This document shows positions 27,865-42,540 of a stretch of 64,000 nt of DNA, in pieces. Numbering within the stretch: position 1 is the stretch's first letter; the number at the start of each line of letters is the position of its first letter. The DNA is from Eledone cirrhosa (taxonomy: Eukaryota). Where the stretch lies: assembly GCA_964016885.1 (NCBI GenBank), contig OZ024748.1:49662001-49726000 (forward strand). Reading direction: 5' to 3'. A program made the translations under genes and the position numbers. The notes below the pieces were generated by a model. The model did no database searches. It saw only the letters and a program-made list of their open reading frames with translations, and was not told the DNA's origin.

Positions 27865-28644
27865 ATTTGCTTTGTCCTGATTAAGATTTGGCAACTAACG
27901 TTGCTAAGCAACAATGACACACTGTTTGATATGACCCCGCCGCCATCGCCTCCCCCCCCCAACTCTCTCGTCCAAGGTAGTTGATTAGTAAATATAATGT
28001 CTGAAAGTTACGAGGTAAGACACTTTATAAAACTAAAATTTCTTTCAACACGCTGACGCGTATATGTATATGTGTGTGTATGTGCATATGTGTGTATGTG
28101 AACATGTGTGTACGTGTGTATATGTGCATATGTGTGTACGTGTGTATAAAATAATAATAATAATGATTTCATTTATTAGCCACAAGGGCCGATATGTAGG
28201 GGACAATACAAAGACAGGGACAGTGGGGTTTACAATAAGGTCGAGTAAAAGTGCACAATGGCAAGATTAATTTAACAATGAAGATATAAACATATAAAAT
28301 AAACTATGCATAAATATAACAAAATAAATTCCCCGATAGGGGGTGGACGACCCTGGGGTGATTCGGGTACCCCACCAATCCTGAACCACCCTGCGCTTCT
28401 AGGGCACCCAGGAGAGCACCCCTCTCCTCAAGTTAGCCAGCCTATAAATAATAATAATGAAATTATTGTGTACAGTGCTCAGGTGCACTACAACTCATCA
28501 AAGGTGCATGTATAGTACATAGAATAATATACAAATGTCAGGGAAGTGAATAGTGTATGAGTCATGATATACATGTGTGTATGTGTGTGGAGGGGGAACA
28601 TTAGTGTTGGCGAATCTCGGGAAGAATGGAGGTTTTAAAGGATG

Positions 28645-30230
28645 CACTGTGCATATACAAACATTTATATGTATATATGTGTGTACGCGTGTAGGTGTGT
28701 GTATGTGTATATGTGTGTACGCGTGTGTATGTGTATATGTGTGTACGTGTGTGTATGTGCATATACATACATTTATATGTATATATATGTGTACGCGTGT
28801 GTATGTGCATATGTGTGTATGTGTGTGTATGTGTATATGTGTGTACTTGTGTGTATGTGCATATACATACATTTATATGTATATATGTGTGTACGCGTGT
28901 GTATGTGTATATGTGTGTACTTGTGTGTATGTGCATACACATACATTTATATGTATATATGTGTGTACGCGTGTGTATGTGTATATGTGTGTACTTGTGT
29001 GTACGTGTGTGTATGTGCATATACATACATTTATATGTATATATGTGTGTATGTGTATATGTGTGTATGTGTGTGTATGTGCATATACATACATTTATAT
29101 GTATATGTGTGTACGTGTGTGTATGTGTATATGTGTGTACTTGTGTGTATGTGCATATACATACATTTATATGTATATATGTGTGTACGCGTGTGTATGT
29201 GTATATGTGTGTACTTGTGTGTACGTGTGTGTATGTGCATATACATACATTTATATGTATATATGTGTGTATGTGTATATGTGTGTATGTGTGTGTATGT
29301 GCATATACATACATTTATATGTATATGTGTGTACGTGTGTGTATGTGTATATGTGTGTACTTGTGTGTATGTGCATATACATACATTTATATGTATATAT
29401 GTGTGTACGCGTGTGTATGTGTATATGTGTGTACTTGTGTGTACGTGTGTGTATGTGCATATACATACATTTATATGTATATATGTGTGTATGTGTATAT
29501 GTGTGTATGTGTGTGTATGTGCATATACATACATTTATATGTATATGTGTGTACGTGTGTGTATGTGTATATGTGTGTACTTGTGTGTGTGTGTATGTGC
29601 ATATACATACATTTATATGTATATATGTGTACGCGTGTGGGTGTGTATATGTGTGTACGTGTGTGTATGTGTATATACATACATTTATATGTATATATGT
29701 GTACGCGTGTGGGTGTGTATATGTGTGTACGTGTGTGTATGTGTATATACATACATTTATATGTATATGTGTGTACGCGTGTGTATGTGTATATGTGTGT
29801 ACGTGTGTGTATGTGCATATACATACATTTATATGTATATATATGTGTATGTGTATATGTGTGTACGTGTGTGTATGTGCATATACATACATTTATATGT
29901 ATATGTGTGTACGTGTGTGTATGTGTATATGTGTGTACGTATGGGTATGTGCATATACATACATTTATATGTATATGTATATATGTGTGTACGTGTGTGT
30001 GTGTGCATATGTGTGTACGTGTGTGTATGTGTATATACATACATTTATATGTATATATGTGTGTACGTGTGTGTGTGTGTGCATATGTGTGTACGTGTGT
30101 GTATGTGTATATACATACATTTATATGTATATGTGTGTACATGTGTGTGTGTGTGTATATGTGTGTACGTGTGTGTATGTGTATATGTGTGTACGTGTGT
30201 GTATGTGCATATACATACATTTATATGTGT
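28645..30230. repeat. Compound (TG/TA) satellite with a 220-bp higher-order period
   Basis: GCATATACATACATTTATATGTAT anchors recur; identical ORF starts at 29094, 29314 and 29534 show 220-bp periodicity. Confidence 0.9.
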
Positions 30231-30819
30231 GAGTATATAAACATAAACGTGCAAACAGAGACACACTTACAAAAATACAGACTCACAGACATGCATTCAC
30301 ACGAATACACATACATTGACACAAACACACACATACACTTACACAAACATTCACACACGCTCACACACAGCGTAGCAAATGGAACGCCAACCGCTAATTT
30401 GCTATAGTTTTTTTCACCAGCCAGCCCCTTCCTTCCTTTAACACACACACATAGATTTACACAAATATTCACATACACTAACACACAGCGAAGCAAATGA
30501 AACGCCAACCGCTAATTTCACCAGCCCCCCTTCCTTCCTTTTACACACACATACATTCACACAAACACACAAACATACAAGTTATGTGACGGACGGACAT
30601 CGCTCAAATTAAGTTATAGATGAGTTTCAGGCACTTATACAGATACACACACATATACTGTCTTGGGTACTTAACATCCGAGGGAACGATGTGGTAGCCA
30701 CGGCTGGAATGGCTTTAGTTCTGTTCTGCCTAACACACACACAGGCCCAAACACGCACACACAGATCCCACATTACGTTCTGCCAAACACGTACAGGTCC
30801 ACGCACGTACACAGTTTCT

Positions 30820-30883
<64 letters not shown>

Positions 30884-31273
30884 TGAGAGAGAGAGAGGGA
30901 GAGAGAGAGAGAGGGAGAGAGAGAGATTGGCATGACTATATAAAACGAATTCTTTAACAACAGTTTGAATAATTCGAGGTTATAATCTCATTCGAAACGA
31001 CTGTAAGGGAATAAATTGTTTTTTTTTTAAAAATGAAAGAAGATTAATTTTCCATTAATACCTTTGTCTGTATATTATATATATATAGTTAGTTCCACAA
31101 CAAATTAGCAAACCAAACTTGTGGAACTAACTCTGTACAGAACTTGTCCTATGGACTGAGAGCTCTACTTACTACGGATATAACCTTCCAGTTTATATAT
31201 ATATATATATAGTATAAAAGAGAAAACACAGGTAAGCATTAAGAGAAGGATTTTATCCAGGTATTTACGACCG

Positions 31274-31315
<42 letters not shown>

Positions 31316-31317
<2 letters not shown>

Positions 31318-31508
31318 CGAAGGAAATGTGGTAAGGAACCAGGTGAACCATAACGCACCAAAGTACTCAATACTTAGGGTAGTAGAGTGGGTAATAGGAA
31401 CGAGTAGGACCCCGACGGCTGAGCTCAAGCCGTTTCGACGGCTAATTCTGGACGAATTAGCCGTCGAAACGGCTTGAGCTCAGCCGTCGGGGTCCTACTC
31501 GTTCCTAT
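31316..31508. mobile_element. Fold-back element, family B, second copy
   Basis: Palindrome 31394-31508 centred at 31451; arm reads GAAA-CGGC ttgagctca GCCG-TC-ggggtcc. Confidence 0.85.
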
Positions 31509-31681
31509 ATATATATATATAAAAACTTAAAGACTTAAAACCACAACTGAATACTAACCCATACAATCACTAATACTCTTTTATTCCTAATTAAACCATT
31601 TTTCAACTGTGAACAATTTGTCAGCATTTTCTATTCCGTTTACCAATATATAATAACTTGTGTGTTACACCTCTATTCTTT

Positions 31682-31755
<74 letters not shown>

Positions 31756-32519
31756 TATATATATATATATATATAGATATTTAATAGGGGTGTGTATGAA
31801 AACATACACAATATGTGTATGTACAATTAAACACATGAAAGCCTCATTATGAAATAATAAAAATACTGTATCTGTATTTGCCTTGCATTAGACAACTAAA
31901 CAAGAAAGATAACTCTTGTATATTGCAGAGTAATCTTTCTTCGTTCTATTATTAATCCGATACCACTGGGGGTAATCGCTGGCCTGGTGCCCAAAGTAGG
32001 AACTCTATTGTTAATCCGATATTTTAGTAATTTTACATGTTCTCGTCAAATTTATTTTTTGGAATCATGTCTATTCTGGGAAGGCATATACACCACAACA
32101 CCCCACATATTCTCCATCTGGGATGAAATATTTTATAAGAAATCCTTATTTGTTATAAAAAATATTTATGTTTTGACTTTTAGCGTATCTTTTTTAAAGT
32201 CGTGAATGTGTAAACACGTTTACTCTTTTACTATAATATTTCTAATTCTCGTTGAAGACATATCAGGTTAAAGTGAGAATAACAATTTCAAAGTGGGACA
32301 TATAACTTCAAAATGACAATAGCGATGTTATAGCAAGCTCAAGTAACTTAAACAAAACCTTAACTTATTTAATTAGCTAAGAATGTATCTTTTCATAAGG
32401 AAAATATAACAGGGATGACGTTATCACTTGAACAATACGATATTATAAAAAAAAAAAATAAAAAAAATGAAACCCATCTTTTTTTTTAAAATCTCAATCA
32501 TAATAGAGATAATACTAAA

Positions 32520-34426
32520 CACCATGCTTTCTATGATGCACTCAGGGAGGTCTATGGCCCCATTCACCAAACACAAGTTCTTCTCCGTTTAACAGGTGGG
32601 TAAGCACTGCTCACAGAAAAAATGGTCATCCTGAACCGCCTGGAGTGAACACTATGGCAACCTGTTTGGAAACAAACAACATCTCACTGCAGGAAGTCAA
32701 AAGTGAGCTGGATGCACCACCCTCCATAGAGGAGGTAAAGATTGCAGTCACCCACCGGAAAACACGCTGGTGTTGACGGTATCCTCGTTGAGGTGTACAA
32801 GTATGGCGGTGGTTCACTCCTTGAGAATCTCACGGACAAGTTTGTACCGTGTCTCTGTACGAGAACAAAGGCTAAAAATCAAACTGCTCAAACTACTGAG
32901 GTATCGCGTTACTCTTAACTGCAGGCAACATTCTAGCTCGTCTCCTGCTCAGTATACTCATCCCAGCGATTGAAGAGGATGTCCTCCCAGAAAGCCAATG
33001 CGGATTCCATGCCTACCGCGGAACCACAGACATGAATTTTGTCCTCCGTCAGATCCAAGAAAAATGTAGAGAGCAAAATATGGCTTTGTCTGCTGCCTTC
33101 ATTGACCTGATGAAGGCATTTCTTACAGTCAGTAGGGATGGACTGTGGAAGATCCTAAGCAGACGTGGATGTCCATCAACATTCCTGACCATGCTCCAGC
33201 AACTCCACAACTTCACACAGGACAGCAGGGGCAGGTGAAGCAGAATAGTGGTCTCTCCGATCAATTCCCCAAATGAGAATGGCGTAGAACAAGGCTGTGT
33301 CCTTGCCGCAACCCTATTTGTAATCTTCTTCAACATGATGCTCCGCGAAGCAAAGCAAGATCTGTGGGAGGGAATTTACATCCAATTCCGTACTGATGAG
33401 ATTATGTTCAACTTGCTCGCCGGCACCAAAACACTGGAGAAGTTGATCCTGGATCTGCAGACGACAGTGCCCTTCTGGCGCACACGGAGGAAGATCTCCA
33501 GGTAGCCGCCAGCTGCTTTGCTCGATCAGCCAAAGTCTTCGGTCTGACCATCAGCCTCAAGAAAACGGAAGTCATGTCCTAGAAGCCAGCAAATGAAGAG
33601 TATCACCCTCCACAGATTAACATCGATGGGGACTCCCTCAATGCAGTGGAGCACTTCACATACTTGGGAAGCGTCATTACCAACGACGCTACCTCAGCAG
33701 AGGGCATTGACAACCGCATTGCCAAGGCCAGCAGCTCATTCGGACGCTCGCAGAAACGCGTGTGGTAGAACCCCTCTCTACACCTCACCACAAAGCTGAG
33801 AGTCTACAAAGCTGTTGTAATCACCACCACCCTCTACGGAGCTGAAAGCTGGGTCCTCTACCGGAAGTAGATCAAGCTACTGGACAGATTCAATCAGCGA
33901 TGCCTTCGCTCCATCATGGGTATCCGTTGGTAAGACTATGTAAGAAACGAATTCTCAAGAGAGCCGATATCATAAGCATTGAGAGCATGCTGATGCTGAG
34001 ACATCTCCGCTGTGCAGATCATGTCTCATGCTTGAACAACTCTAGGATGCTAAAGGCAGTTTTCTACAGCGAAATACGTCAAAGCAAGCAAAACAAAGGG
34101 GCGCCCCCGAAAACGCTTCAAAGACCAACTCAAGTGCCAGCTGGTCCAAGGCAATATTGATCACAGGGAATGGGAACACATCGCAGAAGACAGAGAGAAA
34201 CAGCTGCAGTTAATTTTGAGTGGGGCAGGAAGGCGGCAGCTGAAGACAAATATCAAAGAAGAAAGCTGTCCACCACCCAACCACCAACTGACCAAGTACA
34301 CACTTGCCCCAACTGTATTAGAGCCTGCGCATCCAGGATTAGCCTCTACAGATACCTCAAGGTATGCCACCGCACGGAACAGGACACACATTTTTCCCAC
34401 TGATCTTCGCAAACGAACAATTCGCC
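32520..34426 (+). mobile_element. RTE-clade (BovB-like) LINE, 5'-truncated and decayed
   Basis: RT motifs LPESQCGF, RQIQEKCREQ, FIDLMKAF, GVEQGCVLA, ADD and FTYLGS; C-terminal CPNC zinc-finger remnant; many stops and frameshifts. Confidence 0.92.
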
Positions 34427-34552
34427 ATTCATTACACCAAAAAAAAAAAAAAAGAAAAGGATTCAAGGGAGATAATTTTGCATAATACTTACCAAGAGTT
34501 ACTTAATCTTGGTTTTGTTGCCGCTGTCAGAGTAAGTGTTGAAGAAATAAAT

Positions 34553-35330
34553 GTTTCTACTTTAGGCACAAGGGAAGGGAAAAGTCGATTAAATCAACTC
34601 CAGTGTATTGCTGGTGCTTTATTTTATCGACCCCGGGTGGGATTTGAACTCTATGCTACAAAGCAGGGTGTCTGGCTCTCCACCGATACTGCCAATCCAC
34701 TGCCCTTTACTACTACTGATAATAATTGTTTCTATTTTTGGCACAAGGCCAGCAATTACCCAGTGCATTACTGGTACTTTATTTTATCGACCCCGTAAGG
34801 ATGAAAGGCAAAGTTATCCTCGGCGGGATTTGAACTCAGAATGGCAAGGGCCGTAACTCTATGCCTCAAAGCATGGCGTCCGACCCTCTACCGATATGCC
34901 AATCCAATAATAATGGTCTCTTATATAGGCACAAGGCCAGTAATTTGGGGGGAGGGGAAAGCCGATTAAACCGACCCCAATACGTTACTGGTACTTTATT
35001 TTATCGACCCTGTAAAGATGAAAGGCAAAGTTAACCTCAACGGGATTTGAACTAAGACCGTAAAGGACCCTATCGCCATGCTGCAAAGCAGAGTGTCTGA
35101 CGTTTAATAATAATAATGGTTTCTGATTTAGGCACAAGGCCACCAATTTTTGGGGAGGGGAAAGTCAAGTAAATCGACCCCAGTACGTTACTGGTACTTT
35201 ATTTCATCGACCTCGTACGGCTGAAAGGCAAAGTTAACCTAGGCGGGATTTGAATTCAGAATGAAAAAGGATGTACCTCTATGTCACTAAACATGTTGTC
35301 CGGCGCTCTACCGATACTGCCGATCCAACA
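34553..35330 (-). mobile_element. S1 SINE array, about 4 copies, all minus strand
   Basis: Reverse complement of the S1 consensus, separated by (AAT)n. Confidence 0.9.
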
Positions 35331-35888
35331 CCCTACTACTGCTATAATACCACTGTTCTTTTCACACTCAGTTTCTTACAATCTCAACAGCCACGCTACA
35401 CCAAATCCCACATCAGACCCATACAATTGAGGTTTTACTGCTCAATACAACTCTGGAACAAATCGTTTACTGAAGTGACCGTCTACTGTTTCTTGATGCT
35501 GATGATGATGATGATGATATATATATATATATATATATATATATCAAACGCATGTGCAGAGAAGAAGACAAAAATAAATCAATAAATAAATAAATAAACA
35601 GATTAAATAAAGATGGCGTAGACATACAATACAACAGGAGGAAACATAATAGCACCACTGACGATGTTGCAAATGTGCAACGAAAGAACTTTGTTAGACT
35701 ATATATATGTATTTGTGTCTATATTATATCTGTATTTTTGACCGTTGGTCAGTCAATGGTAAACATTGAGGACCGAATAAATTAAATTAACTGATATAGA
35801 AGATACAGAAGCGAAAACCAACCAAACAATGTGTGTGTTCTGTTATTAATTCTGGCAATATTATTACAACAATATGACCCTCCCCAAG

Positions 35889-35956
<68 letters not shown>

Positions 35957-36006
35957 GAAAATTATGAAAATAAAACAAAGAAGCCTTCAATACATCAAAA
36001 GTCTTT

Positions 36007-36051
36007 ATTAGCCAACAATGTTTCGTCCTATTAAGGACTCATCAGGGCAAT
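36007..36051 (-). ncRNA. Minimal type I hammerhead ribozyme
   Basis: gcc-CTGATGA-gtcct taat aggac-GAAA-c att g-TT-ggc; lies in an island of about 200 bp between two (TA)n tracts. Confidence 0.8.
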
Positions 36052-36156
36052 CAAAACCACCTTCGGCTCTGTTTAATTACATTGAGCTATACCTTTTACT
36101 GTCATTTCTATGATACGAAGAGGGTGTTTAACTCCAACACGCTCCAGTATTTTAAT

Positions 36157-36257
<101 letters not shown>

Positions 36258-36654
36258 ATTAAAGGTTAATTAGTCTCTAATACCAAAACATCTCAATGAA
36301 AGAAATCTCCCAGAGAAGCAGTATTATATATTAAAATTAAATGAGAACAAACTCTAATTCTGGGAGTATAAACAAGATAGAGGAATGCATTTTTCTATCT
36401 ATCTTCGCTTATATATAGATCTCTCTACCATGGTTTCATATGGGGAAGAATTATTATTGGAACCACCAATAATTGAAGAATTTGCTATACTCTTCAGCGG
36501 AGTATAATTCTTCTAATCTAAGAGAAATGGAACAAGTTATAATACATACTGTTTCCAAAGCCGAGGCAGCATGGTGAAATAACGTAGTGCTACATTCTCA
36601 AATCCCTTAAGATATTATGACTACTTGACAGAAATGGCAGTCTAAAAACCGTCT

Positions 36655-36692
<38 letters not shown>

Positions 36693-36695
<3 letters not shown>

Positions 36696-36978
36696 ATAAT
36701 AATAAATTTGAAGACTATAATCCAAAGAGGTTCTGTCTTTGTGCGTAATTGTTTTTCTCCGCTCCTATTAATGACGTATTATATTCGTTTTTTCCCGTTC
36801 TTTGCCAGGGAACGTTTCCACGAACCAAAGTATCATCTTCCTGTCTTCCTCCGGTTGCAACGTTTTTTGAAATATTCACTTCTGCGTTTACAGATTGACT
36901 TTGTTAGTTTCAGAAGATCCTGTTAAGGGTGAAAGCAGCGATTCTTTGCTTAAACTTTAACCTGTTATTTTAATAAAT
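36693..36978 (+). mobile_element. Family C element, single-arm version
   Basis: Shares the GTAATAATAATAAATTTGAAGACT head and the GTTTCAGAAGA...CTGTTATTTT arm with 7092-7350; (TA)n on both sides. Confidence 0.75.
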
Positions 36979-37164
36979 ATATATATATATATATATAAAT
37001 TTAGCGAGAATCGTATTTCGGCGGGAAGAAATTAGCGAAACGCAACTTCCGTATTGTGCAGAAGCGAAACGCAACTTCCGTATTGTGCAGAGCGAAACGC
37101 CCTGTAATATATATCTTATAAACACCCTGTAATGAAAAAAACATGTTCTTTTCATGTATTCTCT

Positions 37165-37206
<42 letters not shown>

Positions 37207-37711
37207 TTGTTATACTTTGGGAGGGCCATGCTGCCAATAAAAACACACGCACCTGTTGTTTTCACTTTAATTTATTATAAATTTCCGGTTGGTAGGTTGG
37301 TTCGATAACCGGATGGTTATTTATATATTGTAAAAGCTCTTTCGCCAAACATCCTGTGACCTCCTCAGTGATTGGGTTTTTATTTTTATTTTGTGTCTCT
37401 CGTTTGTTCTATCCTACACCATCTTGTTTTTGTCTCGTGTGCTGTGTGCTTGGTTTGCGCATGCGTTACATTCGGCTGTGTGTGTTTTTATTTATTTATT
37501 CATGTGTTTATTTACTTGTCACTAGTTGGTTGTTTGTTCTATCTATGTGTGTGTTTGGGTTATTTTATTATTTCTTTTTTCTATCTCTGTATGTCTTCAT
37601 TTTGTCCTTAATTTCTAGTTGTGATGTTGGTATTCCACTCATGTTTTCCGATCAATTTTGGTTGGAGTTCATTTATGTTTGTCGCCTTTGTAATTTGTCT
37701 GAGCATTGTAT

Positions 37712-37774
<63 letters not shown>

Positions 37775-38169
37775 ACGCACATATATATATATATATGTGT
37801 GTGAAGGCGCGTGGCTGAGTGGTGAGAGAAACATTGTTTCCTCGGTCCGATTTGACGAAAGTCGATCGCCTGACTATATATGTGAAGTGTCGAAATCCAA
37901 ACGCAGATTCGCTAGTGTTATAGCGGCGTTAGACAATCAGGTAAAATACTGTTAGGGACAGAAAATAAATGGCCAGCAACCACGTCTCTGTAGATTTTCT
38001 AACGTTATTATCATTGTAGTAAATTTGGATTTGGATTACAAATAATCCAAAATAGAATGGCGCTCATCTATTGGTCCGAAGCGAAACGAGGAGTCGTTTG
38101 TGCTAGGTCACGTGTTCTGAAACACGAATGAGGAGTCGTTTGTGTTAGGTCACGTGTTCTAAAACACGA

Positions 38170-39035
38170 AATAGTAGTACTGGTAGAAGTAGTAGTAGTC
38201 ATAATAGTAGTGGTAGTAGTAGTAGTAGTTATGGTAGTGGTGGTAATAGTAGTAGTAGTAGTAGTAGTAGTAGAGGGCGATGATTATGGTGGTGGAACTA
38301 ATGGAAGAGGAGGATGTGATTACGGCAGTGGCAGTAAAGGTGCTAGTAGTGGTGAAGGTGGTGACTGTGGTGGTTGTAGTGAAGGTGGTGGTGATGGTGG
38401 GGGGGCGGCAGTGGTAAAGGTGGTAGTAGTGGTGAAGGTGGTGACTGTGGTGATTGTAGTGAAGGTGGTGGTGGTGGTGGTGGGGGGGGGGGGGGCAGTG
38501 GTAGTGGTGGTAAAGGTGGTAGTAGTGGTGAAGGGAGTGAGGCTGGTGGTGAAGGTGGTGCCAAGCAGTGGTAGTGGTGGTAGAGGTGGTGACGGTGGTG
38601 GTAGTTGTGACGGTGGTTGCGGGCATAATAGTGGTAGTAAAGGTGGTGACGGTGTTGGTAGTGGTGGTAAGGGTGGTAGTGGTGGTAAGGGTGGTAGTGG
38701 TGGTAAGGGTGGTTGTGGTGGTAAAGGTGGTGACGGTGGTGGTAGTTGTGACGGTGGCGGGCAGTGGTGGTGGTAATGGTGGCAGTGGTGACGGTGGTTG
38801 CGGGCATAATAGTGGTAGTAAAGGTGGTAACGGTGTTGGTAGTGGTGGTAAGGGTGGTAGTGGTGGTAAGGGTGGTAGTGGTGGTAAGGGTGGTAGTGGT
38901 GGTAAGGGTGGTAGTGGTGGTAAAGGTGTCAGTGGTGGTAAGGGTGGTAGTGGTGGTAAAGGTGTCAGTGGTGGTAAGGGTGGTAGTGGTGGTAAAGGTG
39001 TCAGTGGTGATGTACGAACGACAGTAGTAGTTGTG
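38170..39035. repeat. (GTA/GGT)n trinucleotide-derived tract with 18-bp (GGTAAGGGTGGTAGTGGT) and larger internal duplications
   Basis: Read directly. Confidence 0.9.
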
Positions 39036-39238
39036 GTGTCATTAAGGATTTATTGTCACTAACCAACTACTATGTATCTCACCAAATACACATACAAACA
39101 CATATACACGCTCATACGTATAGACACACAGAGACACATACGCGCACACACATACAGACGTAGCCCTGTCTCTACGAAAGTCATACACACATACACGCAA
39201 ACACGCAAACACATACACATACCCTCTCACACGCATAG

Positions 39239-39353
<115 letters not shown>

Positions 39354-39492
39354 CACACACAATGTAGCCATGTCTCTACGAAAGCCACACACACACGCAC
39401 ACCCACGCCCACACACACACACACATACACACGCACACACACACAATGTAGCCATGTCTCTACGAAAGCCATACACACACGCATACACACAC

Positions 39493-39572
<80 letters not shown>

Positions 39573-39725
39573 ACACACACACTCTTGTGCTGTCTTTTCG
39601 AAAGGTAATTGTTAATCACAAATTCATTATCTGACCCAGCCAAGCACAAACTTGCTTCGCTACACGGAGTTAATTGGTTGCAACAAAGACGACCAAAGAA
39701 TTATAAAGACAACCAGCCTGGCTTT

Positions 39726-39832
<107 letters not shown>

Positions 39833-39984
39833 ATATGTAAATGCAAAAAGTAAACGGACACGACAAACACTATAATGGTGAAATATATTAGTTTAGAGCT
39901 TGATATAGTAGGAAAAAAGTCTTTCCGTTTCGGATACTAGTCCTTCGTCAGAAGATATAATGAGAAGTAAAAGAGGAAATCCGA

Positions 39985-41930
39985 TGATCTTATTTTTCTG
40001 GTTACGCGTTCCTTATTACAGATACCATTATAGGATATGTTCTCATCTATCCCCAGGTATATGTAGCAGACCTCATCAGATATCGGTGAAATAGTTAGGC
40101 CATTGATGACAATGTGGCTAGATTGGGTTGTTGTTTTCCCTCGCTTTACTGTCATGTATGAACATTTATCTTTGCCAAACTCCATTCCTATATCCTTTGA
40201 GAATGTTGTAACCAGGTCAAGATTTTTCTTCATCCCATCTATGTTCTTGGCATAGAGTTTCAGATCACCCACAAAGATATTATGGGTTAGGTTCGTATTT
40301 CTGTCCTCCTGTGAGCCAACGATGTATCCTTCACAATTCTTGAGCAGAAAGGACAAGGGGTTTAATGACAGGATAAATAGTATCACAGCGAGACTGTCTC
40401 TTTGAAATATACCCTTGTGATATTCTATTTTATCAGTGAAAATAGAGTCCTCCTTCTCTGTCATTAACTTTAGGATAGTAGCCCAAGAAGAAGACCGCTT
40501 CTGATAATAATGTCTGGGACTTTAGCAAGTCGGAGGCCTCTATCATCCAAGTGTGGGGAACAGAATCGAAAGCTTTCCCGTAGTCTAGCCAGACTGTAGT
40601 CATATTCCTCCTGAGTTGTCGCACCGCCGATATCATAGTTTTGTTGATTAGGAGTTGTTCAGCACACCCGCAAACTCCTTTCTTTCCAGCTGCTTCCTCA
40701 TCTGTGATGCTGTTATTATTTTCATAGTGATCTGGAAGGGCGGTGGATTGGCAGTATCGGTAGAGGGTCGGACGCCGTGCTTTCCAGCATAGATACGTCC
40801 CTTTACGATCTGAGTTCAAATCCCGCCGAGGTTGACTTAGCCTTTCATCCTTACGGGGTCGATAAAATAAAGTACCACTAATGCACTGGGTAATTGCTGG
40901 CCTTGTGCCTAAAGTAGAAACAATTATTTTCACAGTGATCTTGGAGAAATAGGTTCAGGCAGGCTGTATACATCTTATACATCAGGTTCTGGCAAGCAAT
41001 CGGTCGGTAGTTTTTTGCCAAGTGGGTGTCTTTGTTTTTAGGGACCAGTATTGTTTGTGTTAATGTCAACCATTCTCGTATAAGTGTATTTCCCTTGAGA
41101 ACTTGTTGGTAGAGGTCGGTAGGATACCTCCGATAGAATATCAGTTTTTTACCAGTAGCCGACAATCATGTCTCTTCCTAGTGTTTTCTTATCTTGGAGT
41201 TTTCCTATCACAGTCTCAAGGGTATCCTCACTTATTTCGCATGTTGTTGTAGTATAGGAGCAATAGTTCTTTTGGATTTCTTTTAGCCACACTGCATCTT
41301 GGTAGAAATTCTTCTTTTCACCCCATATTTTTCTCCAAAAGGAATCTGTCTTTCTGGGATGGGGCCTCAGTGGCATTATTATTTTACCCTTCATATCTCT
41401 ATAGACTGATGTTTGGTTTCGTCTGAATATTTTATTAAGCACTTTTCTTTCATCTACCTTCTTCAGGTATCGCTGTTTCTCGCTGACAGCTCTCAATTCT
41501 TGTTTGAGGGTGATCAGCTTATATAGAAGAGTTCTGGTTCTACTGTTACCAAACAGCGTTTCTATTTTATTTTTCACTCTTTGTTGGTGAGGAGTGAATT
41601 TTTATTTGTTTTTGTTTGCATGTAAGGAGCATTGTCACATATCCAATAGTTTTTCGTAAGTCAGCAATCTTTTTTTCTATTCTAGTTATATATGATGGTA
41701 TTTTTGGTGGTGTTTTGTTTCCTGTTAATATCTCTGCTATCACCAAGATAATGCTTCACTGTCGTTGCTAGGGCATATAAACAGGCGTTGATTTGTCAAA
41801 ATGTTGGGGTTTTAATCCGTCGTAAATATTCATCTCCTATTTCGTCAATAACACGTAAGATTTCATTATTTGGTTTTTTATTTAGTATTGTTGTTTTAAT
41901 ACGTTCAGCAAGAGAAATGTTTATACATGA
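39985..41930 (-). mobile_element. R4/Dong-like (RLE-type) non-LTR retrotransposon, RT region, decayed
   Basis: KNYRPIAC, WLDYGKAFDSVPHTW, GIFQRDSL...LNPLSFLL, FVGDLKLYA, FSKDIGMEFGKDKC and YLGI; interrupted by a SINE; 5' end abuts (CATA)n. Confidence 0.88.
40737..40922 (+). mobile_element. S1 SINE inserted in the R4-like RT, with a 19-bp target-site duplication
   Basis: ATTATTTTCATAGTGATCT (40715-40733) / ATTATTTTCACAGTGATCT (40923-40941). Confidence 0.9.
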
Positions 41931-42207
41931 ATTGTATGTATGTATGTATGTATGTATGTATGTATGTATGTATGTATGTATGTATGTATGTATGTATGTA
42001 TGTATGTATGTATGTATGTATGTACGTGGGTATGTATGTATGAATGTAAGTACGTACCTACGTACGAATGTATGTATGTATGTATGTATGTATGTATGTA
42101 TGTATGTATGTATGTATGTATGTATGTATGTACGTGGGTATGTATGTATGAATGTAAGTACGTACCTACGTACGAATGTATGTATGTATGTATATATGTA
42201 TGTATGT

Positions 42208-42540
42208 TTTTTCTTTCTCTTAATTTCGAGTATATTTTTTTGACCGGCCACCTTCCTGGTGGCAAGGTTGTAAAAGAAAAGAAATTGTCATCCCTTGAAT
42301 CGCAAGAATGTTTTGCATATTTTGAAGGTGCCAGCTATCGCAGCCATTTGTAGACTATGAATTAGGGAGCTGCGCTTTTTGTCCGCAAATCCAAGTTCGG
42401 TCATACTTTGGTCCAAGCGGGTTGGTATATAACCCGTAGCACCAATAATGATGGGTATGAAGCTAAAGGTGTATCTTGGATACTGGATTTGTAAGCTCCT
42501 CATCTGTGTGTATGTATGTATGTATGTATGTAAGCTCCTC

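Noticed and set aside
27130-27984. Asp/Gly-rich or His-rich structural protein (also 38159-39062 and 53722-54826)
   Set aside because: Trinucleotide tracts merging into (CA)n; no signal peptide or exon boundaries.
28150-28645. Two reversed LINE 3' tails (L1-like and L2-like) starting at (AAT)n
   Set aside because: Suggestive termini only; no coding motif I can confirm.
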